Positions 39,044 to 52,283 of a stretch of DNA of 64,000 nt are shown here, piece by piece. The position numbers were made by a program, and so were the translations under genes. Below the pieces are notes generated by a model that was not told the DNA's origin, searched no databases, and saw only the letters and a list, made by a program, of their open reading frames with translations. Position 1 is the stretch's first letter; every line of letters starts with the position of its first letter. Source of the DNA: Protoeuglena noctilucae (lineage: Eukaryota); contig OY253672.1 in NCBI GenBank assembly GCA_958009085.1, positions 1,240,001-1,304,000 on the forward strand, written 5' to 3'.

Positions 39044-39541
39044 CTCCCCCTCCAGCCCGCCCCACCCATGTCCGTGCCCAGGATCCCGTCCCCCCTTTTC
39101 AACTGCTCAGGCGTCGATCGCAGGGAGCGCACAGGCACTGCACCCGGGAGCCTGAAGGTTTCGGACGGAGCGGGGGAAGATCCAGCGGAACCAGGCAGCG
39201 TCTCGCGATCCACCACCTAGAACACGCGATACGCAGGCGCGTTGCCCCCGGAGGCGTCTTGGGGCAGCTGCGGTTTCTGGCTTTCTCGGTCAAACGCCGA
39301 ACCCTTCGCCCGGCGGTCCTGAACGTCGGCGCGCAGATGTGCCGCGGCACAGGAGTGCAATTGGGTTTGTGACTTGTGAATTTGGGCCCAGGGACTCGTT
39401 TCTCCCGTCACCGGCGTGTGTTGCTAGGAGACCCCTCCGCGTTGCGCTCGAACCCCGGTGCCCTGACGGCCACCTTGTGGGCTATCGGCCTCCGTTCGCG
39501 CAGCCCGCTCGGGCACGGGCACCCTGCTCCGCCTCCTCAAG

Positions 39542-42500
39542 ATGGGCTGTAAGTCCTCGAAGGAGCTGCAGCCCAGGGAGGCGTCCGTGTCCAAGGGCAA
39601 CGGCAATGCGTCGGGGAAGCAGCATAACCTGGCGCCTCCACCAGACCTCGACCCGCTGAATCGGGTCGGGGTCTCGTCCCTCCTGCCGGTGGGCGGGCCC
39701 CTCACCGCCAAGGAGTACCGCGAGCGTATCCGGACGTCAGGGGGTTCCAGGGGTGAGCCGCGCCCTGCGATGTCGCGTCGCGATCCACACGGCGAACCTG
39801 GAGCGGCTGGGCGCGTCTGGAGCCTGGGGGTCCGCCTGCGCCTCCCAGGCCGGGACATGGGGCGAGGGCTGGCCGGCCCGGCGCGTCCCCGGCTCAGGGG
39901 CCCCCCGCGTGTTGGCATTTGCGAGTGTCGAATGCGGTTGCCGCCGGCAAGCCGCGAACCGGAAGCCCGCGCCCTCTATATCGCGTCTTTGGCTGGGAGG
40001 GAACGGCCTGGGCCTCACGGGAGCGCCCCGGACACGGAGCGCGCCGCGTCCTGGCCGCGGGTGTTTGGGGGGCAGAGCGCGCCTGCCCCGCATCGAATGC
40101 ATGTCGCCAGCGACGGGCTGGAATGTGGCTCGGATCGATGGGCACCGCCTTGAAGGGGAAAGGGGCGTCGGGCCGCTCTTCATGGACAATTCGCATCATG
40201 GGGACGCGAAGGAGACGCCCGCCGCCCCCTCCTGCCCGCAGAGTGGGTCGTGCCCGGGGCGGGCTGCAAGGTGCGGTGGGCGTTCTGCAGCCAGCGTGGA
40301 TACTATCCAAATAGCTTAGACAAGCCATCGCAAGACGCGCACTGCGCGCACGTGGGCTTCGGGGGGGACCCGGACTGTGGCTTCTTTGGGGTGTTCGACG
40401 GCCATGGGGAACACGGGACCCCGTGCGCAGAGTTCGCCCGGGACCAGGTGCGGCGCTCGAGGGCGTGCGTTTTGCGATGGCGAGGGTCGCCCAGGCCCCG
40501 CCTCGACGGCGTGGGGCCCGCTCTGGGGCTCAACATGCTCTCGCCCGTGCGCGCAGCTGCCCGTCCTGCTCCAGGCCGACCCCGAGTTCAAGACGGCCCC
40601 GCACATCGCCTACTACAACGCTTTCATGCAAACCAATGAGAAGTTGCATGCCAGCAACGTAGACGACGTGATGTCGGGGACGAGGGGAATCACAGGTGGG
40701 GCCGCCTCGTCCGATGCGGGGCGGCCGGTCTGCCGGTGCCTGTCGTCGCGCCTGCGCGGCATCGGCTCTTGTCGAACGGCTCGGCGTGCCCCGCGCGCCG
40801 CGCAGTCGCTGACGCCCGCGCCTGGTGCTCCGCTCGCAGTGCTCATGCGCGGCCGGCACATTTACGTGGCGAACGTGGGCGACAGCCGCGCGGTGGTGTC
40901 GGAGAGGGCGCCGGACGGGTCTCTGATCGCCCGCGACCTCTCGTCGGACCAGACGCCGTACCGGCAGGACGAGCTGCGGCGGGTGCGGGCGTGCGGGGCG
41001 GTGGTCTTGACCCTGGACCAGCTGGAGGGCATTAAGGACCCCACGATGGATTGCTGGACGTCCGAGTACGACGACGACGGCGACCCGCCGCGGCTGTGGC
41101 TGCCGGACAACATGTTCCCCGGCACGGCCTTCACGCGCTCCATCGGGGACGCCATCGCTGAGCGCATCGGGGTCTTCGCCGAGCCGGAGGTGCTGATCAA
41201 GAAGCTGACGAGCCGCAACCGGCACATCATCCTGGCGTCGGACGGCGTCTTCGAGTTCATGCCGTCCCAGAAGGTGGTCGACATGGTGTCGAAATTCACG
41301 GACTTGGAGGAGGCGTGCGTGGCGGTGTGCTCCGAGTCCTACCGCCTGTGGCTGAGCAACGAGACGCGGACAGACGACATCACCATTATCCTCATGGAGC
41401 TCGTGGGGCTCGAGGATGACGGCCTGCCGGAGGAGGACGTGCTCATCACGTCGCCCCCGCACGGGGTGGCGCCGCCGGGGGGCGCGGTGCCGGGGGCCCT
41501 GGGCACCGTCACGTTCGCGCCCGTCGAGGGCAACAGCGACGAGGAGCTGGCGGCGGACCTGGCGCAGATTGCGCACGACATCACGCCCGAGGAGGAGGAG
41601 CTCCTCAACGCGGTGGCCATGTCCAACATCGTCCTCGCCGACCTCACGCCCGAGGAGCGCGCCGCCGTCTACTCGGTCGTCCGGAGGTACAAAGTCAAGG
41701 CGGGTGACGCGGTCATCTCAGGTGCGGGCGGGCGTGGGACTGGCAACCGGCACTTGCTAGCCAGGCGGCCCTGCCGGTCGGCGCGGCCGCGGCTTGGGCC
41801 AGGCACCATCGCGCTCGGCTTTGCCTAGCCTCGGGTCCTCAGCTCGAGCACAAGCGTTGCTCCGCCGTCACTTCCAGCATCATGTGCGTCTCTTGCCGTG
41901 CGCCTGCAGAGGGCGAGCCGGGGACGGGTTTCTTCATCGTCCAGCACGGGAAGCTCAGCGTGCTCATGGCACCCGAGCCCGGCGCCATGCCGGAGCTGGT
42001 GCATACGTACCAGGTCGAGGAAGGGGAGGAGCCGCCGAGCTTTGGGGAGATGGGCCTGCTGTACAGCAAGCCCAGGGCCGCGACGGTCGTGGCGCAGACG
42101 GACGGGGAGCTCCTGTTCCTGGACCGCCGGGATCTGAAGGCGGCCCTGGCGAGCATGGACATGGGGGACGTGCTGGGGGCGCTGCGGAAGGTGGAGGTCC
42201 TGGCGCCTCTCATGTCCTGCGAACTGCAGTTCGTCTTGGACCTCATGGTGCGCAAGCCCTTCGCGGACGGGCAGGCGCTGTGCGAGCAGGGGGAGGAGGG
42301 CAACACCTTCTTCGTGCTGGTGGAGGGGTCCGTCGAGTGCTGGAGCAAGGCGTCGGAGAGCGCAGAGGCCAAGATGGTGCTGCGGGTGACGCGGCACCAG
42401 TGCCTGGGGGAGCGGGCGCTGCAGGGACCAGGGCGGCGCGCGGCGACCGTGCTGGCCAAGGGCGCCGTGACGGCGCTCGAGATCAGCCGCGCCACGTTCG

Positions 42501-43756
42501 AGGAGGCGGTGGGGCCGCTGCGGGTCGCGGCCGACGAGCACCGGGCGTGGCAGGAGCGCGCGGGGCGCGCCGCGGTGCCGCCCTCGGACCTCTCGGGTCT
42601 GGCCGTGGGCAGCCTCACCCGCACCGCGACGCTGTGGGGGACCGAGCTGTCCGGGGTCGGCGTGGTGGACGCCCCGTCCGCGGGGCGGACCTTCCTCGTC
42701 CGCAACACGGCTGCGGCCCCCGGGGCCGCGGCGCCCGTGTGCAAGGGGCAGACGGTGCTGACGGCCGCGCCGTCGGTGCCCGTCCTGCCGCCCGTGTCGC
42801 GCGTCGTCAAGGACACCCGGGGAGTCATGGAGATCATCGACACGCGCCCACTGTGCACCGTCGGCCAGCTCCTGCAGCACAGCGGGCCGGTGCCCGAGTC
42901 CGTCGCCAAGGTGACTGCCGCCATGCGTTTGCATTGCCCGCCGCCTCGGCCGCCTCGCACTGACCTGACACCCCTGCGCGGCACCGGCACAGCTCGGCGC
43001 TCTCGCGCATGGATGATCCTTTCCCCTCGTGACTCCTCGCGCAGTACATCGCCGCGTGCGTGGCCGTGGGCCTCGAGAGCCTGCACCGCAGCGGCATTGT
43101 GTACCGGGCCGTTTGTGCCGACACGCTGGTCATCACGGAGCAGGGCTTGGTGCAGTTGGTGGAGCCGCGGCACTCCAAGGCCATCATGGGGCGCACCTAC
43201 ACGCTCTGCGGGCAGCCCACGTACATGGCTCCGGAGATGGTGGAGATGCGGGGGCACACGCAGGCCGTTGACTGGTGGGCCCTGGGGGTTTTGGTCTTCG
43301 AGATGCTCACGGGCACGACGCCGTTCGAGGCGGGCGCCGAGGACGAGTTACATCTCTATTACGCCATCCTCGACTCGGAGGTCGCCTTCCCGGCCACCGT
43401 GTCCGCCACGGCCCAGTCGGCCATCGGCGACTTCATGCGGCGCGACCCAGCGCAGGCGAGTCGGCGATTTGGACGCGGCAAAGGGCGGGCTGGCTGAGGG
43501 GGCTGCTTGACGCGCGTCGTCAGGTGGGTCGTCTGGCGAGCGCTCAGCGGTCGCTTGCCGCCAACGCGATGCGTGCCGTTCCTCCCCGCAGCGCCTGGGT
43601 CACGGGACGGCGGGGCTGCTGCGCCTCAAGTCGCATCCCTTCTTCTCTGGCGTCGACTTCGTCGCGGCCCTGGGAGGTCAGCACGTTGTGCCACCCGAGC
43701 TCCTGCAGCGGCTCGAGGGCATCGCGGGGACGACGGCGACCAACTTTCAAATTTGA
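39542..43756 (+). CDS. PP2C + cyclic-nucleotide-binding + kinase-like domain protein; spliced
   Basis: MGC acylation motif; PP2C motifs SQRGYYP, FGVFDGHG, ANVGDSRA, AFTRSIGD, ASDGVFEF and DDIT; two cNMP-binding regions (SFGEMGLLYSKPRAATV; CLGERAL...RAATV); AGC-like kinase tail TLCGQPTYMAPE...VDWWALGVL. Confidence 0.93.
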
Positions 43757-44262
43757 GATGCCCGGCGCGTCGGGGCATCGCGCCCCGACGACCGCGGCTC
43801 GCGACGTGTTCCCTCGTCCGACACTCCCGGCGATTCCTGCACTCCCCCACTGCCCCCTGGATATTTTGAGTCCTGGGCGATGTGTCGCCACCTGCGCATC
43901 CCTGTAATACACGCGCGTCGGGTCCCCAGGGCTGACGGCGCGCCACCCTTTCCCCCAGGGGCACGCACCCACAACAGAGTAAGAGTGCCGTATGTCAATG
44001 CGATCATGCGTTCATCCCGTTTCGCCGGAGAGGTTCTGCGGCAGCCAGCCGCGCTAGACCGCAGGACTGCTGTGTGCACGTGTGCCACGGGCGTTGCACC
44101 GCCTGCCCGTGTGCTCGAGTAGGGTGTCTCTTGTCGCCGACTGATCCCGGGAGACAGCGGCTTTTGAATTGGGCGTGTCGAGGTGCGCCACCGCAGCTTC
44201 AGCGGCAATCTAGGTGCACATGAGCGTCACAAAGGCGAAGACAGGTTGGCTGGGCCCAGCTC

Positions 44263-45159
44263 CTACCGGCGGTCCACGGGGTCTGCGGGGGGCAGGGGAG
44301 GCTCGCCGCTCGCATTCCAGCTCAGCGTCAGCGTCCCGTGCCGTGGATGCATCGGTGAGGCGACGCTCGGCCCGTGCAGGGCCGGCAGATGGTCATCCAC
44401 GCAGGCGTGCCCGAGACTCACCGAAGTTGGCCACGCCGACGACGGCGGCCGCGATGGCGGCTACCACGAAGCCACCAGCGAAGATGGAGTTGATGAAGTT
44501 CTGGAGGGAGGGCGTCACAGCGGCCTCCGCGACCAGGGGGCTGGCCATCAGGGCACCCGTCCCCGCCACCACGCCGCCGACGAGCTTCTCGACGCGGGGG
44601 CTGCGTGAACGGCGAGAACGTGAGGATAATCGCGCGCTGCACCGGGGCGCACGCCATCGCACCGCGGCTCCGGGCAGGAACGCCCTCCCCGAGCAGATAC
44701 TCGGAGAGGGCCCGGCCAGACCGGGATCCCGAGCGCGCGAGGGGGGCCGGTGGATCCCCTGGCAATCAAGTGGAAGGAGACGCTTCCGATGACGGGGGCT
44801 CGAGGCCCGCGGGCCCTCGACGGCGGTCGAGCGCGCAGATAGCCCGACGCAGCCGAGTCACCTGGCCTTGGCCGCGACAGCCCGGCGAGCAGAGGGCGCC
44901 ACGGTGGTGGACGCTGCGAGCAGAAGGGCGGATGGAAGGCTCTCGAGCGGGATCGCGGCCAGAGGTGAGCCCGCGGGACCAGGCCGGATCCCAGCCCGCC
45001 CCGACGCAATCTTTGGCGCGCGTGGGGAGCGAGCGGACGCGGGACCGCTTCCGATGGCGCTAGTACGCGCAGTCGTGGATGCGCGCCGGGCGCATCGACC
45101 CGCGCATCAACGGGAGCCTCACCCACGGGGGCGAGGCGAGCGGAGGTGATGGCCTGCAT
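44263..45159 (-). CDS. PSBX: Photosystem II reaction centre protein X, nuclear-encoded; 4 exons
   Basis: AEAAVTPSLQNFINSIFAGGFVVAAIAAAVVGVANF|DPVDRR* is the PsbX mature peptide. Transit peptide starts MQAITSARLAP. Confidence 0.93.
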
Positions 45160-45475
45160 CGTTCCAGGAGTACTGAGCCGGGCCGGCGGCAGAAACGATC
45201 GAACGCCGAGAGCGCCGGTTGTAGGGGGACGGCGGGGCGAAGAGGAGCCCGAGCCTGAGTCGGGCGGGTTTTTCTGGCGAGAACTTTCGCCCGTCGCGGC
45301 ACCAGCCGCATCCTTAGTACCGTTTTTGACCAACTAATCTAGCGCGACGCGCAAAACACTCGGCGTAGGCAAGCTTTTTCCTCGGACTCCGGTCGCTGGA
45401 CCTTTCTGGCCGTGCGGAACCCTCAGCTGCAAGATATTCTGACCCCCGAGCGGGCGGGGGACTGGCTTGGCCGGG

Positions 45476-46089
45476 ATGGCGGGGCCTGGGGAGGAGATGG
45501 AGGCCGTGCGCGAGCACGACCGCTTCCTCCCCATTGCGAACATCGCTCGCATTATGAAGGCCGCGCTGCCCGGGAACGGTGAGATAGTGCCTGACGCTGC
45601 CCGCGCGACACGATTCCCGAAAGCGACGCCGCCCGGCCGCCCGGCGAGAAGCCGCGACGTGCGCTCCTCGACCCACAGCCAAGATCGCCAAGGACGCGAA
45701 GGAGACGGTCCAGGAGTGCGTATCCGAGTTCATTTCCTTCATCACGTCGGAGTGAGTGCGCGACCCACGCGCGTGGCGAGCCAGGAGGGCGCCTGCGAGG
45801 CCTGCACGCACGCCCCCTCTTCTGCAATCCCGTCGCAGGGCGTCGCACAAGTGCCAGCGGGAGAAAAGGAAGACGATTAACGGGGACGACCTAATGTGGG
45901 CCATGAGCACCCTCGGCTTCGAAGATTACATCGAGCCGCTCAAGATTTACCTCGCCAAGTACCTCGAGGTGGGTGCCCATGGCACGACAGCTGCTCCCTC
46001 TGCTCCTCTAGCTCGGCGCTGCACCCGCTTCAACGTTTTGCCGGGCATCCGTCTCGCAGGCGGAGAAGCAGATGCAGTCCAAGCGGTGA
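45476..46089 (+). CDS. NFYB: Nuclear transcription factor Y subunit B; 4 exons
   Basis: [17 protein letters not shown]...[62 protein letters not shown]. Confidence 0.98.
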
Positions 46090-46106
46090 GGAGCTGGTGG
46101 ACGTCA

Positions 46107-47690
46107 TTACGCGACCAGGCTGCGGAGGGCGCTCCGGATGTCGCTGTACTGGAACTGGAACTGCGCCTCCGTGGCCCTCCCCGGAAGCACCTTCTGCCCC
46201 TCGAGCACGACCATCGCCCCCTCGCCGAGCAGCGTCTGAAGAGCGAACCCGGGGACCGGGAGCCACGATGGGCGGCCCAGGATGTTGCCGAGCTCGGCGC
46301 ACATCTCCCCCATGCGCACGGGGTTCGGGGCCGTGCCATTGTAGACACCCTTGAACTTCTGCGGACGCGGGGCGTGGGGGTTGAGGGAGCCACCCTCTGG
46401 CCACTGGAGCGGCAATGCTGTGCTGCAAGTGAGGTGGATCCTCGCCTTGTCCTTCAGCGCGTCGGTCATCAGGCGAACCAGATCGTCGCGGTGAATCCAA
46501 GAGAACCACTGCACGGAAGGGAGTGCAGGGCGAGCCGCACCTCAGGCCTGTGAAGTGGTGCCTGGCAGCAAGCAGCCCGTCGGCAGCAACGCAGCCTGGC
46601 ACCTGTCGCCCCGACCCGAGCGGGCCCCCAGCGAAGAGCTGGAACACCGGCAGCATCTTGCCTAACGCCCCTCCCTCCTTGGCCAGCACGATGCCCGTGC
46701 GGATGATCACGACCCGGTCCACCTGTGCCTGCATGGCAAGGCAAGGAGAGGACAGATGCGCCTATTCGCGGCGAGACGAGGAGATGGGGAAGGGCTTCTC
46801 AGGCGCTGCGAGCATATGGCATGAAGTTGGGCTGCAAGCTGCGACGCACCTCGTTGGCGGCCGCCTCCCACTTGCGGCACACGTCGGCGAGAAAGTCGTT
46901 CCCGGACGGGGACGACTCGTTGAAGGTCGCCGTCTCCGAGCTGCCGTAGAAGCCAATGGCAGAGGACGACAGGAAGACCTTGGGCCTCTTGCTGGGCTCC
47001 AGGGCGTTGATGGCCTTGACGAGGCGCTTGGCTGCGGGGAGGAGGCGGGAGGCGCCGCGTTAGGTGCGACGCTGCGGACAAGGCCATGTCCGAGCTCTCA
47101 GGGAAGAGCGAGATAGCTGCTAATAGTGAGCAGCGCCCAAGCTCACTGGTGTCGACCCGAGAGCGGACGATTTCGGCCTTGACCCGGTCATCCTGCGAAG
47201 CAGCACGCAGCGGGAATGATCAGGCGAACCGCCGTGTAACTGCCTCAGAGGCGTGGGTGGGGATCGGCGCGAGCCGCGCGCAGCTCATGCAATGTGCATC
47301 CCGCACCCAGCGGTTGGCGATGGGCTCCCCGGCGAGGTTGACGACGGCAGTGCAGCCCGCGATGGATGTTTCCCAGTCAGAGGGACCCACGAACGTGACG
47401 TTGCGGACCCCGACGAACTTGGCTTGGGCGGACGACGGGTTGCGCGTAAGGACCTTCACACGGGCTCCCTGGCTCGCCAGCTTGGAGACCAGCCGCTGCC
47501 CGATGAGCCCCGTCGCGCCGGTGATTGCAACCGTCTCGTTGCTCTCGCTTCCAGCCGCCGCTACCATCCATCGCCTGCGGATCCGCGAAGTCAGGATGCA
47601 GCTCCAACATCCACTGCTTGCCACCCGCCTATGGCTGCCAGGGGCCACCCCGATCAGTTCACGGATGCGTTTACGCAATATCGACATCAT
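46107..47690 (-). CDS. SDR39U1: Epimerase family protein SDR39U1 / TIGR01777 (GC1/SulA-like), likely plastid; spliced
   Basis: [11 protein letters not shown]ossmann motif, [59 protein letters not shown] and VLEGQKVLP. Start approximate. Confidence 0.93.
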
Positions 47691-48137
47691 GCCGTGCAGC
47701 TGATGGCATCAGTGCCCTCCGTCGGTACCTGCTAGCATTGGCACGGCCATCGCATGGTTGGCCGCGCGCCTCCACCCCCGCGGACTGGATCCGGAGCCCG
47801 GCGACACCTCCACAAGCTACAAACGATCGGATTGGATGTACGTGTGTGCAGCTGCTGGGACCCAGTGGCTTGGCCAGCCCACGGGCCGTTGGGATGTTGG
47901 CGATCATGGTGTCGACCGATGCACCCCGCTAACCCTAATGTCGCCGATCCCCACAATGCTGTATCGATGTCGCAATCCGTTTCCAAGCTTCAACCAGGCA
48001 GATGTCAGAGGGCAAACCGCGCATGCCGCTGGCACATTGCGTGTGCGCGATGTCCGTGACCGATGGAGATGCTCGTGACGTTACCGTCGGTCTTCGTCTA
48101 TGCCCCAAACACCCATATCCATCGCCCTGCCACCTGC

Positions 48138-49882
48138 TCATCCCTTGTTCACTGGCCCCTCGCGGCGCCCCTCGAAGCCCGGGCGCAAGAGCTTCTTCTC
48201 CCGCTTCTCGATCTTCCTCGCCTTGTTGCCCTTCTTCTGCGTGCGCGCAACCAGAAGCAGAGTCCGGAAAGCCGTCGCAGCGTGCAGTTGGCAGGTCACG
48301 CTGGCCCCCAACCAGCTGCGTCGGCCGCTCGCCTTCGCCGTGATGTTCTGGAACCGCTTAAGTTTCCTCTCCTTCTGCTCCTTCTCCTGCTGCTTCTTGC
48401 GCTCCGCCCACTGCTCTGCCGACCGCTGCTTGGCCTTGGTCTCCCGCTTCAGGCTCTTGCGCAAAAGCTTCGGGTCGTCCAGCACACGCTCCCCCGCCGC
48501 CTTCTTCAGCGCGGACGACCAGTCCCGTTTGAAAGCCTCCTTCTGCGTCACATTGGGAGGGGAGCAAGCTTCTTGGCTCTGCATGGCGGGCCGAGCGGCG
48601 GATGTGGGGGCGAGGCGGGCCCGGCCCAGCCCGTCATCAGGGCGGGGCCCGCGGAACGCCTCGCTCCAGTCCATATCGGCAGCTCAAAAATCCAGCAGCG
48701 CAACGAAACACGAGGTTTCTGCGGGGCCGGGAGTGTTCCTGCCTACACACACGCCATACCCATGCTCCCTGCCCCGCACCTTCCCCTCCTCCGTGCCCTG
48801 GAGGCTTTCCAAGCGCTCCTTCTCCGCCTCGACCTTGGCCAGGATTGCCTGCTTGCTCTGGTGGCGCTTCTTCCGCTTCCCATCCCCGATCTCCACGCGC
48901 GCAAAGGACAGATCCTCCGCCACATCGGCGTCCGCCCCCTCCACCTCGCTGCGGGGCCGCTTGGCGCCGAGCTGCTTTGACCCCGCAGCGTCCCGCTCTT
49001 TCCGGCGCCCGGCGCCCTCCCCGGCGCCCTTGCCCTTGTCCTTGCCCCTGCTGCCCTCCGTCGCCCCCGCAGCCCGCGCCCCCAGCTGCTTCTGCTGCCA
49101 CTCCCGCGCTGCCGTCGCCGCCGCACCCTTTCTCGCCCGGATCTCCTCGATCTTCTTTTCCAAGCGGGCCTTGAGCTCCTCCCTCGACAGCGGCTTGGGA
49201 GGGACCACGAGGTTCAGACCCTGCGCAGCGCAGTGCAGCGTCCCGTTCGTCGCTACGACGCGGGATGCACTTCTTCTGGGAACTGGCGCGCCACGCTGGC
49301 GCGCTGCGGCTGCGCAGTGCCCCGCCCCGACCATCACCTTCGCGCCTTCCTCCACCTTCGCCAGCCGCGCCTGGTGCTCGAGCGTCGACGTGGGTGCGTC
49401 GGGTGCGTACTTGGCCAGACGGTCCTCCCTCTTCTTTATCTGCGGCGAGCACGGCCGGGCACCGCACAGAGTCAAGGCTTTGCGGCAGCCTTGCACGGCC
49501 GCCAACGCGCACGGGGCGTGTCATCGTCACGAGGCCGCTCGGCCTGCCCGGCGCCACGCGAGCAAGAAGCACGCAGGCCCAGTCCATCCATGGGCTCGCT
49601 CGCCTTGATTTGTGCCTTGGCCTCGGCACGGGCCGACTTCTTGAGGAACTTCCTCGGGACAGCCGCGTCCTCGTTGTCTCGCGCCCCGAGGTAGTACTTG
49701 GGCGGGATGAGGTCCGCAATGGCATCGAGGAAGAGTCCGTGGTCGCGCGTCCCCGCCGGCTTGCGGCAAAACGCGCAGTGCACAGCCGTCGCACTGCCCG
49801 GCCCGGGCCCAGCGGATTCGCCGCGATTCCCGTCCTCCCCGCCCGACGACTCCCGCTTCTTCTTCTCCTTCTTCGAACCCAT
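48138..49882 (-). CDS. SURF6: Nucleolar protein SURF6 / Rrp14; spliced
   Basis: FLDAIADLIPPKYY (Rrp14 N-domain), SREELKARLEKKIEEIR, WSSALKKAAGERVLDDPKLLRKSLKR...QWAERK and terminal RPGFEGR. Confidence 0.92.
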
Positions 49883-50437
49883 CGCTCAGCGGCCAGCTAT
49901 CGAGCCCTGAAAGCGGGCGTTGACCACTCTCTTGCTCTCTTGCTCGGTCTGCGTCTCCCGAAAAGCACCGAAGCGCGTGAGGGCAAAGGCATGCGATTGA
50001 TGGTCAACATGACGAGCGCTCACGACGCCCCGCTGCCTTTCCAAAGTGCTCTGACGTCGCACGCCAGACCCCCATTTTCACCACTGCAACGACTTGTGGT
50101 GCCATTTCGTTGGACGACCGCCGAGTTCATACTGACTCTTCGCCGTCAGGAGTGTTGGTGGATGCATGGGGTGTGGCGTTAAGCGCCTGCGACCAGCTTT
50201 TTGCTTTAGGTGAGTTTTTCGACACGAAAACGCTCTGTGCTTTTGCATTTGTGGCGCTCCGACACCTGTTGGAATGCTATTCTTGCAGGCATCGGCAGAG
50301 CTAAGCCGTCCCAATCGCGCTGCGCCGTGCTGGACCATGCGCCACCATGCCCTGCCCGAGAGTTCTGTCGAGGCGGCGTGAGGAACGCCACTGGTGCTGC
50401 AGAGAGGCTACGGAGGCTACGGAACAGGCAGGCGTTC

Positions 50438-52071
50438 ATGGGTGGCCCAGACGACGCGGGCGCACGGCGGGGGGAGGAAAGGGAGGCCAAACGGCGCCGG
50501 GGGGCAACAGACGGCCCTTCGACGAGCAGGCCTGCTGCGGGTTTCTGGATCCGCGAGACGCCCGCGCGTGGTGTACTGCGCTGGCACGCGCCAGGATGCC
50601 CCGAGCTGGCCCTGTCTGACGGGGGTCGGGCCCGTCAGCTGGTGCGCGATGCTTGGCGCGTTTCCACCTCCCCAGCGCCCCCCCTTGGGCCTGCAGTCTC
50701 GCCCGCGCGCCGCCGACGTGTGCTCCGAGCAGCTCTACCGTCACTGGCGCTCGCGCCCGTCACGTGCCAGGCTCCGTCCATCACCGTGGCGCTCTTGTCC
50801 ATGGCGATGGACCCTGGGGAAAACCGCTACCTGCTCGCTGGGTCGTTGGACGGGTCGGTGGCCATCTTCGACACGCACGCGCGCGAGGCGGGAGCCCCTG
50901 ACCGGCGCCCCTGCGTCCTGTGCGTGCGCTCGCCGGCTCACAGTGGCCAGCCCCCGTCGGCCGTGGCGTCAGTGGGGTGGTTTCCTGAGGACTCGAGCGT
51001 CTTCTTCACCGGCTCTGCTGACGGCGCCGTGCGGATATGGGACGCCAACGCAGGCCGCCCGGCGTGCACCGTCTCAGCGGGGTCACCATGCCTGTCTGCA
51101 GCCATGTCGCCCGCCGCGTCCACGCGGCACCTCCTGGCGGTCGGCACCGCCAGCGGGTCGGTGCGGCTGTGCGACCCCGTGAGCGCACTGTGGCCCATCT
51201 CGCTCCCGAGCCACTCGGGCGGAGTCTACGCCATGGCATGGATGCTCCACTCGGAGCATCTGCTGGCCACGGCCGGAGCAGACCGGCAGGTGCATCTGTG
51301 CGACATCCGCCGGCCTGGCGTCCTGGCGCGCCTCGACCTGAACCGCACGGCGAGCGCGAGCGCGACGGGGGCCCAGGCACATGGCGTGCTCCGTGCCTTC
51401 GGGACCGCATCGCTGGAGGCTGCGGGGCACGGCGAGCATCGGCCGTGGGAGCACACGCGGTCGCGGGCGCAGCTGGCCAAGCGGGCACACGACGGGGCTG
51501 TGACGACCCTGCTCGTCTGCGCGGGCGGACTATGCCTCCTGACGGGCGGCACGGACGACCAGCTGCGCCTGTGGGTGAGCGGTCCTCCCGGTGCAGCATT
51601 GGCTGGCAGCTATGGGTCGTGGCGATCCCGGCATAGCGTCAGGGTTGCAGTCAGTTGTGCCCTTTGATAGCTGTCCACTCCCAGCGATGGTCGGCGGACA
51701 GGAGAGCCCTCTGCCTCCCTTCGTAGGACACGTCGTCTGGCCTCAACATGCTCGTGTCGTACGCGAGCGCCTTCAACCGCGCCCAGAGGGGCCGCCAGGC
51801 GGCAGAGGACGCAGAGGCAGGCGTGGTCTTCTTCCCGAGTGGCAGCGCCGTTCTTGCGTACGACACCCTTGGCGGTGACACCCTGGCCACCTTCAGAGGT
51901 CCACGCAGCACGATAAATGCGTGCTGCTGGGCGCCGTCGACGGGGCAGCTGCTGGCGGCCACGGACGACGGCAGCGTGTACGCCTGGACGCACGCATCTG
52001 ATGAGGGCGCCCAGGGAGAGCCCGACTTCGCTGCTGTGCCGCTGGGCGAGGACAACGAGTGGTATGAGTGA
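50438..52071 (+). CDS. ERCC8: WD40 DNA excision repair protein ERCC-8 / CSA; 2 exons
   Basis: DPGENRYLLAGSLDG, VGWFPEDSSVFFTGSAD, MSPAASTRHLLAVG, VRLCD...SHSGGV...SEHLLATAGAD...DIRRPG, AHDGAVT and LW|DTSSGLNMLVSY. Confidence 0.88.
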
Positions 52072-52283
52072 ATCCGCCTCACATTGAGTTGCTGCAGCAG
52101 GCGACGCATAAGCGGGATGGATTCAAACCGCGGCGTTGCTTGAACTCGACCATTGGACTGCTGCTTTGTAGTCACTACTAGCGAGGGCACGTGTCGCTGT
52201 TGCCCCCGAGACTTCTGCCACTATTCATTGACGTGGGCCTCGCATTGGGTTGGAGTCTCTCATATGACGACACTCAGCCCATC

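Noticed and set aside
47929..47938. Telomere/telo-box-like CTAACCCTAA
   Set aside because: Fewer than two repeat units; compatible with chance.
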